A stretch of DNA of 64,000 nucleotides. It comes from a virus. The position numbers and the translations under genes are program-made. The DNA lies in the IMG/VR virus record IMGVR_UViG_3300037070_001066, positions 1-64,000 of that record. One strand, 5' to 3'. The notes beneath the pieces are model-generated. The model worked only from the letters and a program-made list of their open reading frames with translations. It did not search any database and had not been told where the DNA came from. Positions within the stretch are counted from its first letter, which is position 1. Each line of letters starts with the position of its first letter. Positions 19,054 through 29,551 of the stretch are shown here, in pieces.

Positions 19054-19367
19054 GGGGCTGTTTTGGTTTTGACTGGTAGTGAGTAGGTAAATAGTTCAGT
19101 GAGAGATAACTCTAAACATAGGTGAATTGAATAAATGGAAAACAAATTGACGCCAATATGGCAAAAGTTCGTAGCTTAATCAACTCTGAGGAGTTTGAAT
19201 TAGCAGCATAATTATTCTAAAGATTTATCATTTAGATTAAAATGATTGGTGGATTGTTAGCTAAAACTAGTTAACCCCTTTGAACGTAACAATTTAAAAA
19301 CGTGAAACTGTATACAACTATTTAGCGAATGCTAATCAGGACGCGGGTTCGAATCCCGCCAGCTCCA
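19054..19367 (+). ncRNA. ssrA: tmRNA (SsrA); predicted tag (A)GKQIDANMAKVRSLINSEEFELAA at 19137-19211
   Basis: 5' GGGGCTG pairs with 3' CAGCTCC-A including G3-U; T-arm GCGGG-TTCGAAT-CCCGC; GAC before the T-arm; tag frame after ATAAAT ends LAA-stop. Confidence 0.92.
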
Positions 19368-19380
19368 CACTCCTAGAGTG

Positions 19381-19457
19381 GTTCCACATGCCATGAGTTA
19401 GGCTAGCAAATACGACAGGACTGTATTTGTGATGAGGTTCGACTCCTTAAATGTGAC
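19381..19457 (+). ncRNA. tRNA-like element downstream of tmRNA (degenerate)
   Basis: T-arm TGAGG-TTCGACT-CCTTA, CACAT/ATGTG closing stem, GCAAATAC/GTATTTGT stem with a 9-nt loop. Confidence 0.4.
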
Positions 19458-19477
19458 TAACATTAAATAATAATAGA

Positions 19478-20584
19478 ATGAAGAACAATTTTTTTACAGG
19501 GTTAATATTGGGAATAGTTGCTATGATTTTAGTGGGATTTGTTGCTGCACAAAACAAAACTATCTTTCAACCAGCTGCTCCAGCTGTAGTTAGTGCAAGA
19601 ATGTGTAACACACAATTAGAAATAATTGCTGCTCTTAAATTCTATGCTGATAGAGAATATCTTGTTGATATTCATCAGTTAGGTTCAGGAACAGTAATTG
19701 TTGTTGGTAAAAAATATTAATTTTAAATTGATTTATTATGGCCAGAGAAGGAAAACAAAAGAGAAAGATTTATTTTACTGTTAGTGAACCAGGAGAATTA
19801 AAATTCAAAAACGTTTCAGCAGGTAAATTTACAAAAAAAGTAAGAAAACACAAAGCTACTCGTAATTTACAATTTGTTAAATCATTAGGTTTAGAGCCTA
19901 TGGGTAAAATAGTATATGATGCCTAAAATAGTATTATTTAAAAAACTATTAGGAAACAGGGGAGGCTGTCCTAAATGTGGTGGTGAGCTAGATGGAGACA
20001 ATATGGCTGCCTGGTGTACAAGATGCGATTGGAATAACTTTGGAACTTATTTAACATGGCAAAAATAACATTAAAACAAATTAGAAAAGAGCTTGACGAG
20101 CTCATGAAAGAAAAAAAGAAAGGTTTAACAAGTTCAAAAGAGATTAATTTAGCTGTAAATAGAGCTAGATTTGAAATCAATTTGAAATATGGTAAGAATT
20201 GGAGAGAAAGATTCAAGACTAATCATAAAAAATCATATGATTTCAGCAAACCATCTCAAGCTCAAGATTTAGGAGATGAATGGGATCATTATGCTTGGAC
20301 TGCTGACGATTATTAATATGGAAGAAACAACCACAGCAGAACAATATTTAGATGATGATGTAGAAATTGCATTATATAATCTAAGACACGATCATCCTAA
20401 TCTATTTTCTCTATTAACTAAAAAGTTAATTGGATTTGCGGCAATACATTGTAAAGTGCAACAAGAAGCTATCTTAGAAAGTGCATATATTAATACATCT
20501 AGAGATAAGAATCGTAACATTACAAGTGCTAGAATAAACAAAGAATCAGTATTAACAGCTTATCCAGTTGAAAACATTAAATAA
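19478..20584 (+). other. Small hypothetical ORFs (19478-19720 membrane-anchored; 19738-19926 and 20056-20316 basic; 20276-20584)
   Basis: ORF track, co-oriented. Confidence 0.55.
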
Positions 20585-20765
20585 GTTATGGAAAATAAAG
20601 AATTAAAACAATATACTAAGTATCTATTAGTATATTTTGCAATATCAATTGCATTAATAGGAATATTATATTATTTTGGATTAGTAGATTTATCTAAATA
20701 ATTAAAGAAACCAGGGTAAGCCGAAAACTGGAACTAGAGTAGGCAAAACAAATAAATAAATTTTT

Positions 20766-21779
20766 ATGAGAAATGTTTTAAAAAACACAATGTTCGCAAT
20801 CTTAGCATTTATTGCTTTAAGTTTAACTTCCTGTACCGACAACGGTGATGACAAAGGTTCTTCTGCTGATCCAAATGCTATTGAAAAAACAAGTGTTTCT
20901 TTCAATGTGACTACACCTAAACCAGTATCAACAGGAAGAAGTGTTGTTCGTGGTACTATAGACACTAAAGTTAGCGCTATTACAATTAAAGCTGTAAAAG
21001 TATGGACACCTGGATCTAATCTTCCTGGATTCCCTAACTATAATGTTCAAGGTACATTTGAATTAGTTCCTAATGGAACTGTGGGTGCATTACCTGGATT
21101 TGACTTACAAGATGTTGCTATTGGTACTAACAATTTCTATGCTACTACTGAAGCAGCAGGTACACCAACATTTAAAGTAGATTTGGATAATCATCCTTGG
21201 ACTACAAATGCAGCTGAGGCTATCTTTGCTAACAACAAACTTAATACGTATAAAGCAGCAATTCCTTTTGCTACATATACTGGTGAAGTTTTAAACAAAG
21301 TTATCTACAAACCAGAAGCTAGTAATAATATTGGCAACAATGTTGCGTTCAATATGACTACTCAAAATGGTAGAATTACTTCAGCTATCACATTAGATGA
21401 TTACTTGGTACAATTAGAGTACAGATTAAAAGTTATCATTGACGTTTACACTCCTTCAGGTGTGCTTATTGAAAGATTATCTCCTTCTACACAAATGGTA
21501 GGTGGTGATGTAATGTTGTTTCAATGGAGTAACGCACATTCTGTAGCAGGTGCTAAAGTTAAATATACTGTTGAGATTAAAGAATTAGGTCAATTACAAT
21601 CTTTAAGCGCACCATTATACACTTATTCTTTTGAAGATGTTGTAGTTGCTTCTGCTTCTAAAAATACTCATTATACTATTGGTAGAGACAAAGCTCAGGT
21701 TACTTTAAATGGTACTGACGACTTTACATTCAATATTCCTGAGTGGATTGAAGGTAACAATACAGTAGGGACGAACTAA
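20766..21779 (+). CDS. Lipoprotein, beta-rich, possibly fimbrillin/type V pilin-like
   Basis: Signal peptide II with LTS-C, acidic TDNGDD after Cys, TGRS motif ~35 aa later, beta-strand-rich body. Confidence 0.7.
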   Translation: MRNVLKNTMFAILAFIALSLTSCTDNGDDKGSSADPNAIEKTSVSFNVTTPKPVSTGRSVVRGTIDTKVSAITIKAVKVWTPGSNLPGFPNYNVQGTFELVPNGTVGALPGFDLQDVAIGTNNFYATTEAAGTPTFKVDLDNHPWTTNAAEAIFANNKLNTYKAAIPFATYTGEVLNKVIYKPEASNNIGNNVAFNMTTQNGRITSAITLDDYLVQLEYRLKVIIDVYTPSGVLIERLSPSTQMVGGDVMLFQWSNAHSVAGAKVKYTVEIKELGQLQSLSAPLYTYSFEDVVVASASKNTHYTIGRDKAQVTLNGTDDFTFNIPEWIEGNNTVGTN

Positions 21780-21949
21780 TGAGAAAGTTATTAATTGCAT
21801 TAGTTATTGTCTTTACATCTTGTACTGACGACGATATTTATATTATAAATTATTGTCCTAGAGACTGTAATGTAGATCATTGTCATAATTTCACTAAAGC
21901 TGATTTTGATTGGCAAAAGTGGCAAGAAGAACAAAATAAAAAAGGATAA
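21779..21949 (+). CDS. Small lipoprotein (56 aa, not in ORF track)
   Basis: MRKLLIALVIVFTSC-TDDDIYIINYCPRDCNVDHCH...; coupled to upstream gene by TAATG. Confidence 0.65.
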   Translation: MRKLLIALVIVFTSCTDDDIYIINYCPRDCNVDHCHNFTKADFDWQKWQEEQNKKG

Positions 21950-21956
21950 TACTAGA

Positions 21957-21989
21957 AAGGAGCTCTATTAATTTAGGGCTCTTTTTTTA
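21957..21989 (+). terminator. Intrinsic terminator
   Basis: GAGCTCTA-TTAATT-TAGGGCTC-TTTTTT. Confidence 0.75.
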
Positions 21990-22010
21990 TTAACATTTAA
22001 ATTATTTAAG

Positions 22011-22304
22011 ATGAAAAGATTATTTTTGCTTGGATTATTACTATTTAGTGGGATTGTATTTTCCCAAAATAACCATGAATTTTCAACTGTGTATCCTGAG
22101 AGAACAAATTGGAATGTTCAAGGTAAAGTTCTATATGCAGACTATGCAGACAGTGAAAAAGGTAGGTTTAAAAAAGTTGTTAGATACAAATATGAACCTA
22201 TTAACTGTACAAATGTTTGGACAGTAGAATATCCTAAACAACGTATTAAATATATTATACGTGTTAATGGAAACAAATCATTAATAACTAAATATAGAAT
22301 ATAA
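22011..22304 (+). CDS. Secreted protein (signal peptide I)
   Basis: MKRLFLLGLLLFSGIVFS|Q. Confidence 0.65.
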   Translation: MKRLFLLGLLLFSGIVFSQNNHEFSTVYPERTNWNVQGKVLYADYADSEKGRFKKVVRYKYEPINCTNVWTVEYPKQRIKYIIRVNGNKSLITKYRI

Positions 22305-22699
22305 TGAAGAAACTAATTTTATTGTTATTATTAGCAACAAGTTTAACATCATTTGCTCAAGCGTTAGAGCCTTCTACATATTATAGTGCAGAGATTACAA
22401 CTGATGGAAACAAAACTTACACATACTATTTTTATGTAAATAAGAATAATTATGTAAGAATGGTAAATGCAAACAAGGGTCTTGAAGAAACATCAGTTAA
22501 TCAAACTATGGTACACGGTACAACAACTACATATGGCTGGCAAAATGCTGGAGGTGTATGGTCAGAATGCCAGAACTTTGTATTTACTAAAGATTTAAAA
22601 TCAGGTAATATATATGTGCATTTTATGAGAGTAGTGCAAAATGAAGGATCTGTTCCATGGTCTGTTATAGGCGTTGGGAACGTAGATAAATTCTATTAA
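22304..22699 (+). CDS. Secreted beta-rich protein (signal peptide I)
   Basis: MKKLILLLLLATSLTSFA|Q. Confidence 0.7.
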   Translation: MKKLILLLLLATSLTSFAQALEPSTYYSAEITTDGNKTYTYYFYVNKNNYVRMVNANKGLEETSVNQTMVHGTTTTYGWQNAGGVWSECQNFVFTKDLKSGNIYVHFMRVVQNEGSVPWSVIGVGNVDKFY

Positions 22700-22885
22700 T
22701 AAAAATAATCAGATGATTTCACTTTTAAAAATTAAGAAAAAATATACTCAAGACGAAATAGATTATATATCTAGTAAAATACCAGACATTGAATTCTATT
22801 TAATATCAGATGGATTAAGAGAATTTTGGCTTGAGTGGAGAGAAAAAAACGAAAAATAAATCAAAACTAATAAAAAAACAATACC

Positions 22886-23296
22886 ATGAGCGAGGTTAAC
22901 AAGTTAGATATGGCCGAAGAGCCTATCACAGTAAAGAAAAATAGGTCAGTAAAGAAGTATTCAGTTATTGAGGAGCAAATAATTATGGATTTAGTTATGC
23001 TATATCCAGATAATATGGCTCACGCATTCTCAGAAGCTTCTAAAAAATTAAAAAACAGGGCTAAACATAGCATTGCCCAAAAATATTATTCAATGATAAA
23101 TAAAGGCAGTAAAAAGAGTCCTGTTGTTACAGGCTCTGCAGCAGGGTTTTCCGCTAACAAAAGTACAAAGAGAGTAAAAGGTCAATTTATTAGAAAAGAG
23201 CCTTTACAACCGCTTATAGTGATCTTTAAACAGCTGTTAGAGTGTGATCCTGTACAGAGAAAAAAGATTATGGAATTTCTTAAGACTATTGAGTAG
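22886..23296 (+). CDS. Putative HTH (Myb/SANT-like) DNA-binding protein
   Basis: KKYSVIEEQIIMDLV...AFSEASKKLKNRAKHSIAQKYY. Confidence 0.4.
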   Translation: MSEVNKLDMAEEPITVKKNRSVKKYSVIEEQIIMDLVMLYPDNMAHAFSEASKKLKNRAKHSIAQKYYSMINKGSKKSPVVTGSAAGFSANKSTKRVKGQFIRKEPLQPLIVIFKQLLECDPVQRKKIMEFLKTIE

Positions 23297-23489
23297 AATT
23301 TTTAACTAAATCTGATTATTATGAGCAAAGAACAGGAAATTATTCGCAGAAGTGATAAAAAATATCACTACAACCCTGAGAAAACCTTTCATACAAAGGA
23401 ACAACTTCAGGCTTATTTCGTTGACAAGATGACAACAAACAGGAATAAGAGGTTTAATATGCATGTCATCTTAACTTAAAATACACATC

Positions 23490-26251
23490 ATGAGAAATAG
23501 ATTCAGAAGATTTATACTACATCTATTTATTAAGTATGTGCCAAGTGCGAATAAAATAGCGAAGGACGAAGCCAAGAGATTGGCTGCCTATGTTTTCGAG
23601 AACTTTTCAGAAGAAGAAGGATTGCTTATCCTAGAAAAGATGAAAGGTTTTACAATAGAACTCATAGAGGCTCAGATATCAGAAAACAAGTCTGAATTAG
23701 ACAAAAAATTAAAAGGATTAGATAATTTAAAAAAAACACTAAGCAAACTACAAGAGAAATGAAAAAAATTGAATTAAAAGCAGAGCACATGGCGAAGATA
23801 TTCGATATGTGTAACCATTATTTTCCAGAAAGAGTAATTACTGGAGCAATAATTGTAGATGGAATAGTATTATTCAAAGATGTTAGCGGAGATTTTGTTA
23901 AACTACATTGGATAGAATTATGTTTGACGCATTTGTCAAAGAAGATAATCTTTACACTTTCAAAACCAAAACATTTTGCACAAGATACGCATTTTAGATT
24001 GGTTGACAATTTAATGAGATTATTTAACGATGATGACAAGTTTATACATCCTGTTGATTTTCTTCATAACGAATACTTGAAAAGCAAGAAGTAAGGGATA
24101 ATCACCAGGTAAAATGGTCACACTAGAACAGGGTACACAGCACGCAGTGCATTCGTCTATTTCTCAGTATGGTTCCTGCACTAGCCACAGGGGTGGTGAT
24201 TAATTTAGGTAGGACAGTATTTAATACTAGTAGATAATTAAGCAGTGTGTCTTAATTATGGACGATGTAAGCGATATTGTCTTATCTCTCTTACATTATT
24301 TAATCTTAAAACAATAAAGTTATGACAGTAAGTAAATTTTTTGGAATATTAGCTAGATTGTTATTATATCCATTTATATTATATTGGGCGTATGTATATT
24401 ACTTTGCAAATGAAAAGAATCAAGACTTTGGAGAAATAATAAACAACAAAGGCATTGTTTTAATATCATTTGTCTTATTTTGTATCTTTGCTGGCATTAT
24501 GTTGATATGCTTTGTGGCATTTTGCATTAAAAACAGTGGTAAAGCTTTAACAATAGTCTTTTCGCCTAAATATTTATATACTAACCATTGGAAAGACATT
24601 GAAAAACAATTCGATTAATCATTAACAAATTTAAAAATGAAAAAATTCTTATTTATGGCCTTATTAGGCTCAATGACAATGTTTGCACAGTCTGATAAGA
24701 TTTCTAAATCTATTGACAAGAATGTTGATAAGATCGAAAAGGGCACAAGTACAGTGTATGGAGACGTCAAGGACGGCACTAAAACAGTGTATCAAGACGC
24801 AAAAGATGTTGTTAAATATCTTACTCCAGAAGCTAAGAATATGATCATTAAGATAGCTAATAAGCTTGAAAAGACTACTGATCAAGTGTGGGACATACTT
24901 GTAAGACAACAAAAAGTGTGGTCTTGGTGCTATTTATTGCTATCAATATCTGCTTTGGTATTGTGGTATAGATTTTATTTACAATTTAATGTAACAAAAA
25001 CTGATTTAACAGACGTAAGTGAAGTTAAAGAGATTAATGTTATATTCTCTGTTGTATTATTTATATTCGCAACATCTGCATCTGCATTCTCTTCATTTCA
25101 TTTCGTTGATATGATGACTGGATTTATGAACCCAGAGTATGGTGCAATGAAAAGTATCTATCACGTGTATCAATCAATTAGGTAATGGATCAAGTTAGTA
25201 AAAATATCCTGAATTTAGATAAGATCTCTAAACAGGATAGATCAAATACAGTTAAAAATGTATCTGATACGTTGTTACTATTGCAAGGAGACGTTATTCC
25301 TGAAGAAATATCCATATTAAAACAGATTGGATTAGATAATCATATACAAAAAGCTGAAACAGCTAAGAGAAACATCAATAGATTCACTGCTTTTGAGACA
25401 AAATATGGACGCAATGTCTATGCTGGATCTCAAATAAAAAAGTATTGTGAATCTAATGGCTTTAAAATGATTAGGGTTGATAGGTTTAAGCATGAAGTTC
25501 CATTAGAAGTAGGTAAAGCAATCATTAATTTCAACGAAGAGCAATCATATGAACATGAAAAGTCTGAAGAGAAAACTGTGAAGAAGTCTAGAATAGACTT
25601 ACAACCACAACATTTCTTCTTACTTGTATCAATTCAAGCTGTAAATGGTGCTCCAGTTAAATCTGCAACATTATTCTACAGAGAAGAGTACAGTCATGAT
25701 TTCTATGAGACAGCATCAGAGAAAGATATGTTTGTAGAGGTATTTTCTTGGGGAATTCCAGGAACTGACAAGAATCTATTCTGGTACTATGTTAAGGCAA
25801 CAGATTATTTAATTATATTCCCAGTAATCTTCTTAGTTATAGGTCTTTTATGCCTAATACTTGGAGAAAACTCACATGGAATACTGTTGTTCCTATCTAT
25901 ATGTACTTTGATAGCAATATTAACTTCTAAAAAACCATCATTCTTCAAATGGAACTAAAGCTAAAACTCAGGTATGCAGGAATAATGATGCTATTATTCT
26001 TGGCAATGATTATGATTGATTGGTATAAAAATATCGATTATGTTAATGTCTATGATGAAACGATTAAAGAGTCTGTTCCTAACGGGGAACTATATAAATA
26101 CTCTTCGAATTACACATTAGACTTTAACAAGGACTATATGTGGATGAATGCAACTACTGTTAAAAAAACTAAAACTTCAGTTCCCTTTATATTTAATAGA
26201 GAAGTATTGAAAGCTAGTAAACGCGAACTGTATTTAGATCCACGGCAATAA
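23490..26251 (+). other. Hypothetical and membrane proteins (23490, 23759, 24322, 24637 signal peptide plus 2 TM, 25185 C-terminal TMs, 25949)
   Basis: ORF track, hydrophobic segments. Confidence 0.55.
24099..24287 (+). ncRNA. Two adjacent structured intergenic elements
   Basis: TAATCACCA/TGGTGATTA (24099-24107/24194-24202); 14-bp AGGTAGGACAGTAT/ATATTGTCTTATCT stem with G-U pairs (24207-24220/24274-24287). Confidence 0.45.
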
Positions 26252-26252
26252 T

Positions 26253-26319
26253 GCAATATGTGCTAGTTTATATGTAAAACTCATAATTTCCTAGGTTCGA
26301 CTCCTTGGAGCGATATTGC
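26253..26319 (+). ncRNA. tRNA-like RNA lacking an anticodon arm
   Basis: GCAATAT/ATATTGC closing stem, GTTT/AAAC D-like stem, T-loop GGTTCGACTCC. Confidence 0.45.
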
Positions 26320-26388
26320 GCCTAGTCTAGATAGAAAGAAAGTGCACTGAACTGTACAGGGGAGAGAACCCATATCTAGACAAACCAA

Positions 26389-26460
26389 GGGTAATCTTCT
26401 AAATGGTAAGATGCAAGCACGTTGCTTGTGAATATAGGTTCGAATCCTGTTTATCCGCAA
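26389..26460 (+). tRNA. Non-canonical or pseudo-tRNA (anticodon loop CACGTTG, identity unclear)
   Basis: GGGTAA/TTATCC acceptor, TCTT/AAGA D-stem with TGGTA, GCAAG/CTTGT anticodon stem, ATAGG-TTCGAAT-CCTGT T-arm; no U33. Confidence 0.45.
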
Positions 26461-26561
26461 ATATTTTACTCCTGAGTATTTATTTATTAGTTTTGAGTGT
26501 GGGTGAATCATAGTAGCCCACATTTTTTTTAATATAAGTATAACCAACTAAATATAGAAAT

Positions 26562-27275
26562 ATGGAAGAAAACTTAATGCTTATACCTATAATAAAACCA
26601 GGAATGAGGGTCATGATTAGGCCTGGAACAAGGTATTATAATAGAGGGCCAGGCAATCCTGGAGGAACAAAAGGTAAAATTGTTCAAGGTGATTCTAGTT
26701 GGATAAGAGTCAGATGGGATAGTGGTTACACAAATACTTATGAAGAATATGATCTTGATTTTGAAAGTATACCAGAAATGTTTGAAACTAACATCAATAG
26801 AATATACTTCAAAGAAAATGGTATTAAAATATCTAGCATGAAACAGTTGTTAGATATATTATATCCTGAAAACAAACCAACTGCAGCAACATATTATTTT
26901 GTAACAGCCACTGGAGAGAAGTTCTTGCATTGTACAGAAGGTAAAATGAGATCATTTGATGATATCTGGATACTTGCTGATACATACATGCCTGGAATTG
27001 AGGTTAAAGAAGTCTTTAGAGAATTGCTTTTACATGGAGTGACTGAAAAGCATGTAAAGGATGAAATATTTAAAAAATCATTATCTCATTGTTCTACTAT
27101 GAGAAGAATAAGGTTTACTACAGATGCTGCTAGACCTCATATGATGATGGCTTCTGCTGATTGTAATAAATACGACTCTATATATAGTTGGAGAAACTTA
27201 TTTAACATGCTTAACATAAAAGATTCTGCAGATTTACTAAAATTTTACAAACAATCAATTAAAGTAGAAGTATAA
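26562..27275 (+). CDS. SH3-like (MIB/HERC2-like) domain fused to novel paralogous C..RSxDD domain (member 1)
   Basis: GMRVMIR...GTKGKIV...WIRVRWDSGYTNTY; LHCTEGKMRSFDD...CSTMRRIRF. Confidence 0.6.
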   Translation: MEENLMLIPIIKPGMRVMIRPGTRYYNRGPGNPGGTKGKIVQGDSSWIRVRWDSGYTNTYEEYDLDFESIPEMFETNINRIYFKENGIKISSMKQLLDILYPENKPTAATYYFVTATGEKFLHCTEGKMRSFDDIWILADTYMPGIEVKEVFRELLLHGVTEKHVKDEIFKKSLSHCSTMRRIRFTTDAARPHMMMASADCNKYDSIYSWRNLFNMLNIKDSADLLKFYKQSIKVEV

Positions 27276-27742
27276 TGGAACTGTATGTACAATTTGCGCA
27301 AGAAGAACTTCCTAGAACTGTTGCCTCATTTATTAAAAAATATTACACAAAACGAGTAGATCCATATATTGCAATAGGACACAATACATTTTTTGATCCT
27401 GAATGTACTAAATTGCATTGCAGTAAATCTTATAGAAGTTTTGATGATTTATATGATTTGGTAAAAACGTATTATCCTGATACAACAAAAAAAGAAATGA
27501 TTCATCATCTTATTACTGTAAATATACCAACACAAAATGGTAGATCTTTTCCTAATTTAGGAACATGTAATACTATGAATAGAATTAGATTCATACCTTA
27601 CCAAAAAATGAATGATCGTCCTGAGCATTTAGAAATGAAAATGTTACATTCTGAAAACACCTGGATGGAATTACTTGGTTTAATAGGAATAAAAAGTGAA
27701 AAAGAATTACAAGAATACATTAAAAACAATAGAGAACCTTAA
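27275..27742 (+). CDS. Paralogous C..RSxDD family protein (member 2)
   Basis: LHCSKSYRSFDDLYDLVKTYYP...CNTMNRIRF. Confidence 0.65.
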   Translation: MELYVQFAQEELPRTVASFIKKYYTKRVDPYIAIGHNTFFDPECTKLHCSKSYRSFDDLYDLVKTYYPDTTKKEMIHHLITVNIPTQNGRSFPNLGTCNTMNRIRFIPYQKMNDRPEHLEMKMLHSENTWMELLGLIGIKSEKELQEYIKNNREP

Positions 27743-27753
27743 ATTAATTTATC

Positions 27754-29129
27754 ATGACAAAGCTAGGAGAGATTAAAATCGCGTTTAAGTACAGAGGAAT
27801 CGAAAGACAAAAAACTTACATCATTGTAAGAGATTCTGCGGGAGAAGTATTGATGGAAACATCTGTTAAAAGATGTGTCGAAGATCAACATGACAAATTG
27901 TTAGCTAGATTCCAAGCATTCAGAAAGGCTATGCATCGTCTTATGATTGAGAATCGTATAACAAGACAACAACGCAAAGAGATTTGGGCTGCATTCGTTG
28001 AAAATGTTAAAGTGCCTTCTAAGATCAATTTGGACTCACCAAAGAGAGAAAAGAAAGTTAAAGCAATGATAGCAGTATAATGGATATCCCAAATACTGTT
28101 ACTTATCACTTTGAGAATGGTGCAAAACAAATTTGTTCTATAAATGATAAAGTCATTTATAATGTCAAAGGACGTTTAAGAAGTCGTAATGAATTATATG
28201 ACATCTTTGCCACCACAGCTCATGACTTAGGAGCGATTAAATTCGAAATCTAATGCTCCAAATAGGTCTAATGAATGATGATTCGTGTGAATTCATCATC
28301 GAGAACACTATAACGGAATGTAATAGAGTTCTATACAATTGGAAACTAAATAAGAAGAATATCGATTACGATGATAAAATTTCTTTATTTAGAAGTTATC
28401 TAGCCAAGTTCTTTAAACAGAAGTTTGGTTATGCTGCATATCATAGATATATCAGAGCTTATACCCCACTTGTAGTAATTGAGAATTACATGCTAATTGA
28501 CATAGATTTTAATGTAACACATGCTAATTGCAAAGCAAATATTTATTTAGTAGCTCTAAGTAACTATACTCGAAAAATGGACATATTAAAATTTAGTCAA
28601 TTGCAAGAAATGAAACCTATGTCTATAATCGAAGACAATAGGATTCTAGAAACTGTTGATTATACAAAAATTGCTAACATTAGATTTAATTAAAATGGCT
28701 GACGTACAACAAAACGAAGAACAAGGAAAAGAAGCTAAAAAAGTATTAGCCAATTTCGAACAGACAGTAAACAAACTTACTGCAATTGTAAGAGGACCTG
28801 AAAATCTTAAATTACCTACTAGAGTAAAGAAAGACAATGTGCAAGTTCTTGTTGAAGAACTATTCAAGGAAGAGAGTGAAGCTACGATTAAAGAGGTAAA
28901 AGAGGGTGTTAAAGCATTATTAAAAGGATATGTTGCTTTAAATTCTTCTTTAGCTGAAGAGCGTAAGAAACTTGATTTACTTGAAGTTGCTAAAAAGAAG
29001 GAATTCAATGCAACTGCTGCAAGATTGTTTTCTAAAATTGATGGCATTGACAATATTAATAGGGAGTATCAAGCTGCCTTAGGTGCTGCTCAAGCTGCTG
29101 TTGAAAACAAGGAAGAAGATCCTGAATAA
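27754..29129 (+). other. Hypothetical proteins 27754-28080, 28253-28693 and coiled-coil 28695-29129
   Basis: ORF track; third ORF probably starts at ATG 28695 (MADVQ). Confidence 0.55.
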
Positions 29130-29130
29130 T

Positions 29131-29547
29131 ATGTGTAAATACTCGAATAGACTCTATAAAGAGTGGATAGCGTATGGCAAGATAATATTATCAGTAGACT
29201 TTGATGATACATTATATCCATGGGGATTACTTCAAAACGATAAAGATAGAGCTAAAACTATCAAATTAGTTAAGAAGGCAAAAGGTATTGGAGCATATAT
29301 AGTTATATTCACTGCGTCTGATAAAGAAAGATACAATGAAATAATTAAATATTGCAAAGCCTTAGGTATTGACATTGATACAATTAATCAAAACCCTATT
29401 GATTTACCATTTGGTAACAATGGAGGTAAAATCTTCTACAATCACAATCTATGTGATAGAAGTGGATTAACTGAATCATTAAGAATCCTTAAAAAAGCAA
29501 TGAAACGTTACAGGAAATATAAACAAAAAATAATCTTAACAAGTTAA
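29131..29547 (+). CDS. HAD-superfamily phosphatase-like protein
   Basis: ILSVDFDDTL (motif I), IFTA (motif II), K and CDR motifs; likely start ATG 29131. Confidence 0.7.
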   Translation: MCKYSNRLYKEWIAYGKIILSVDFDDTLYPWGLLQNDKDRAKTIKLVKKAKGIGAYIVIFTASDKERYNEIIKYCKALGIDIDTINQNPIDLPFGNNGGKIFYNHNLCDRSGLTESLRILKKAMKRYRKYKQKIILTS

Positions 29548-29551
29548 AAAC

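Noticed and set aside
23759-24094. Sixth member of the C..RSxDD family (has C..YFP)
   Set aside because: Lacks the RS motif and both conserved Cys positions
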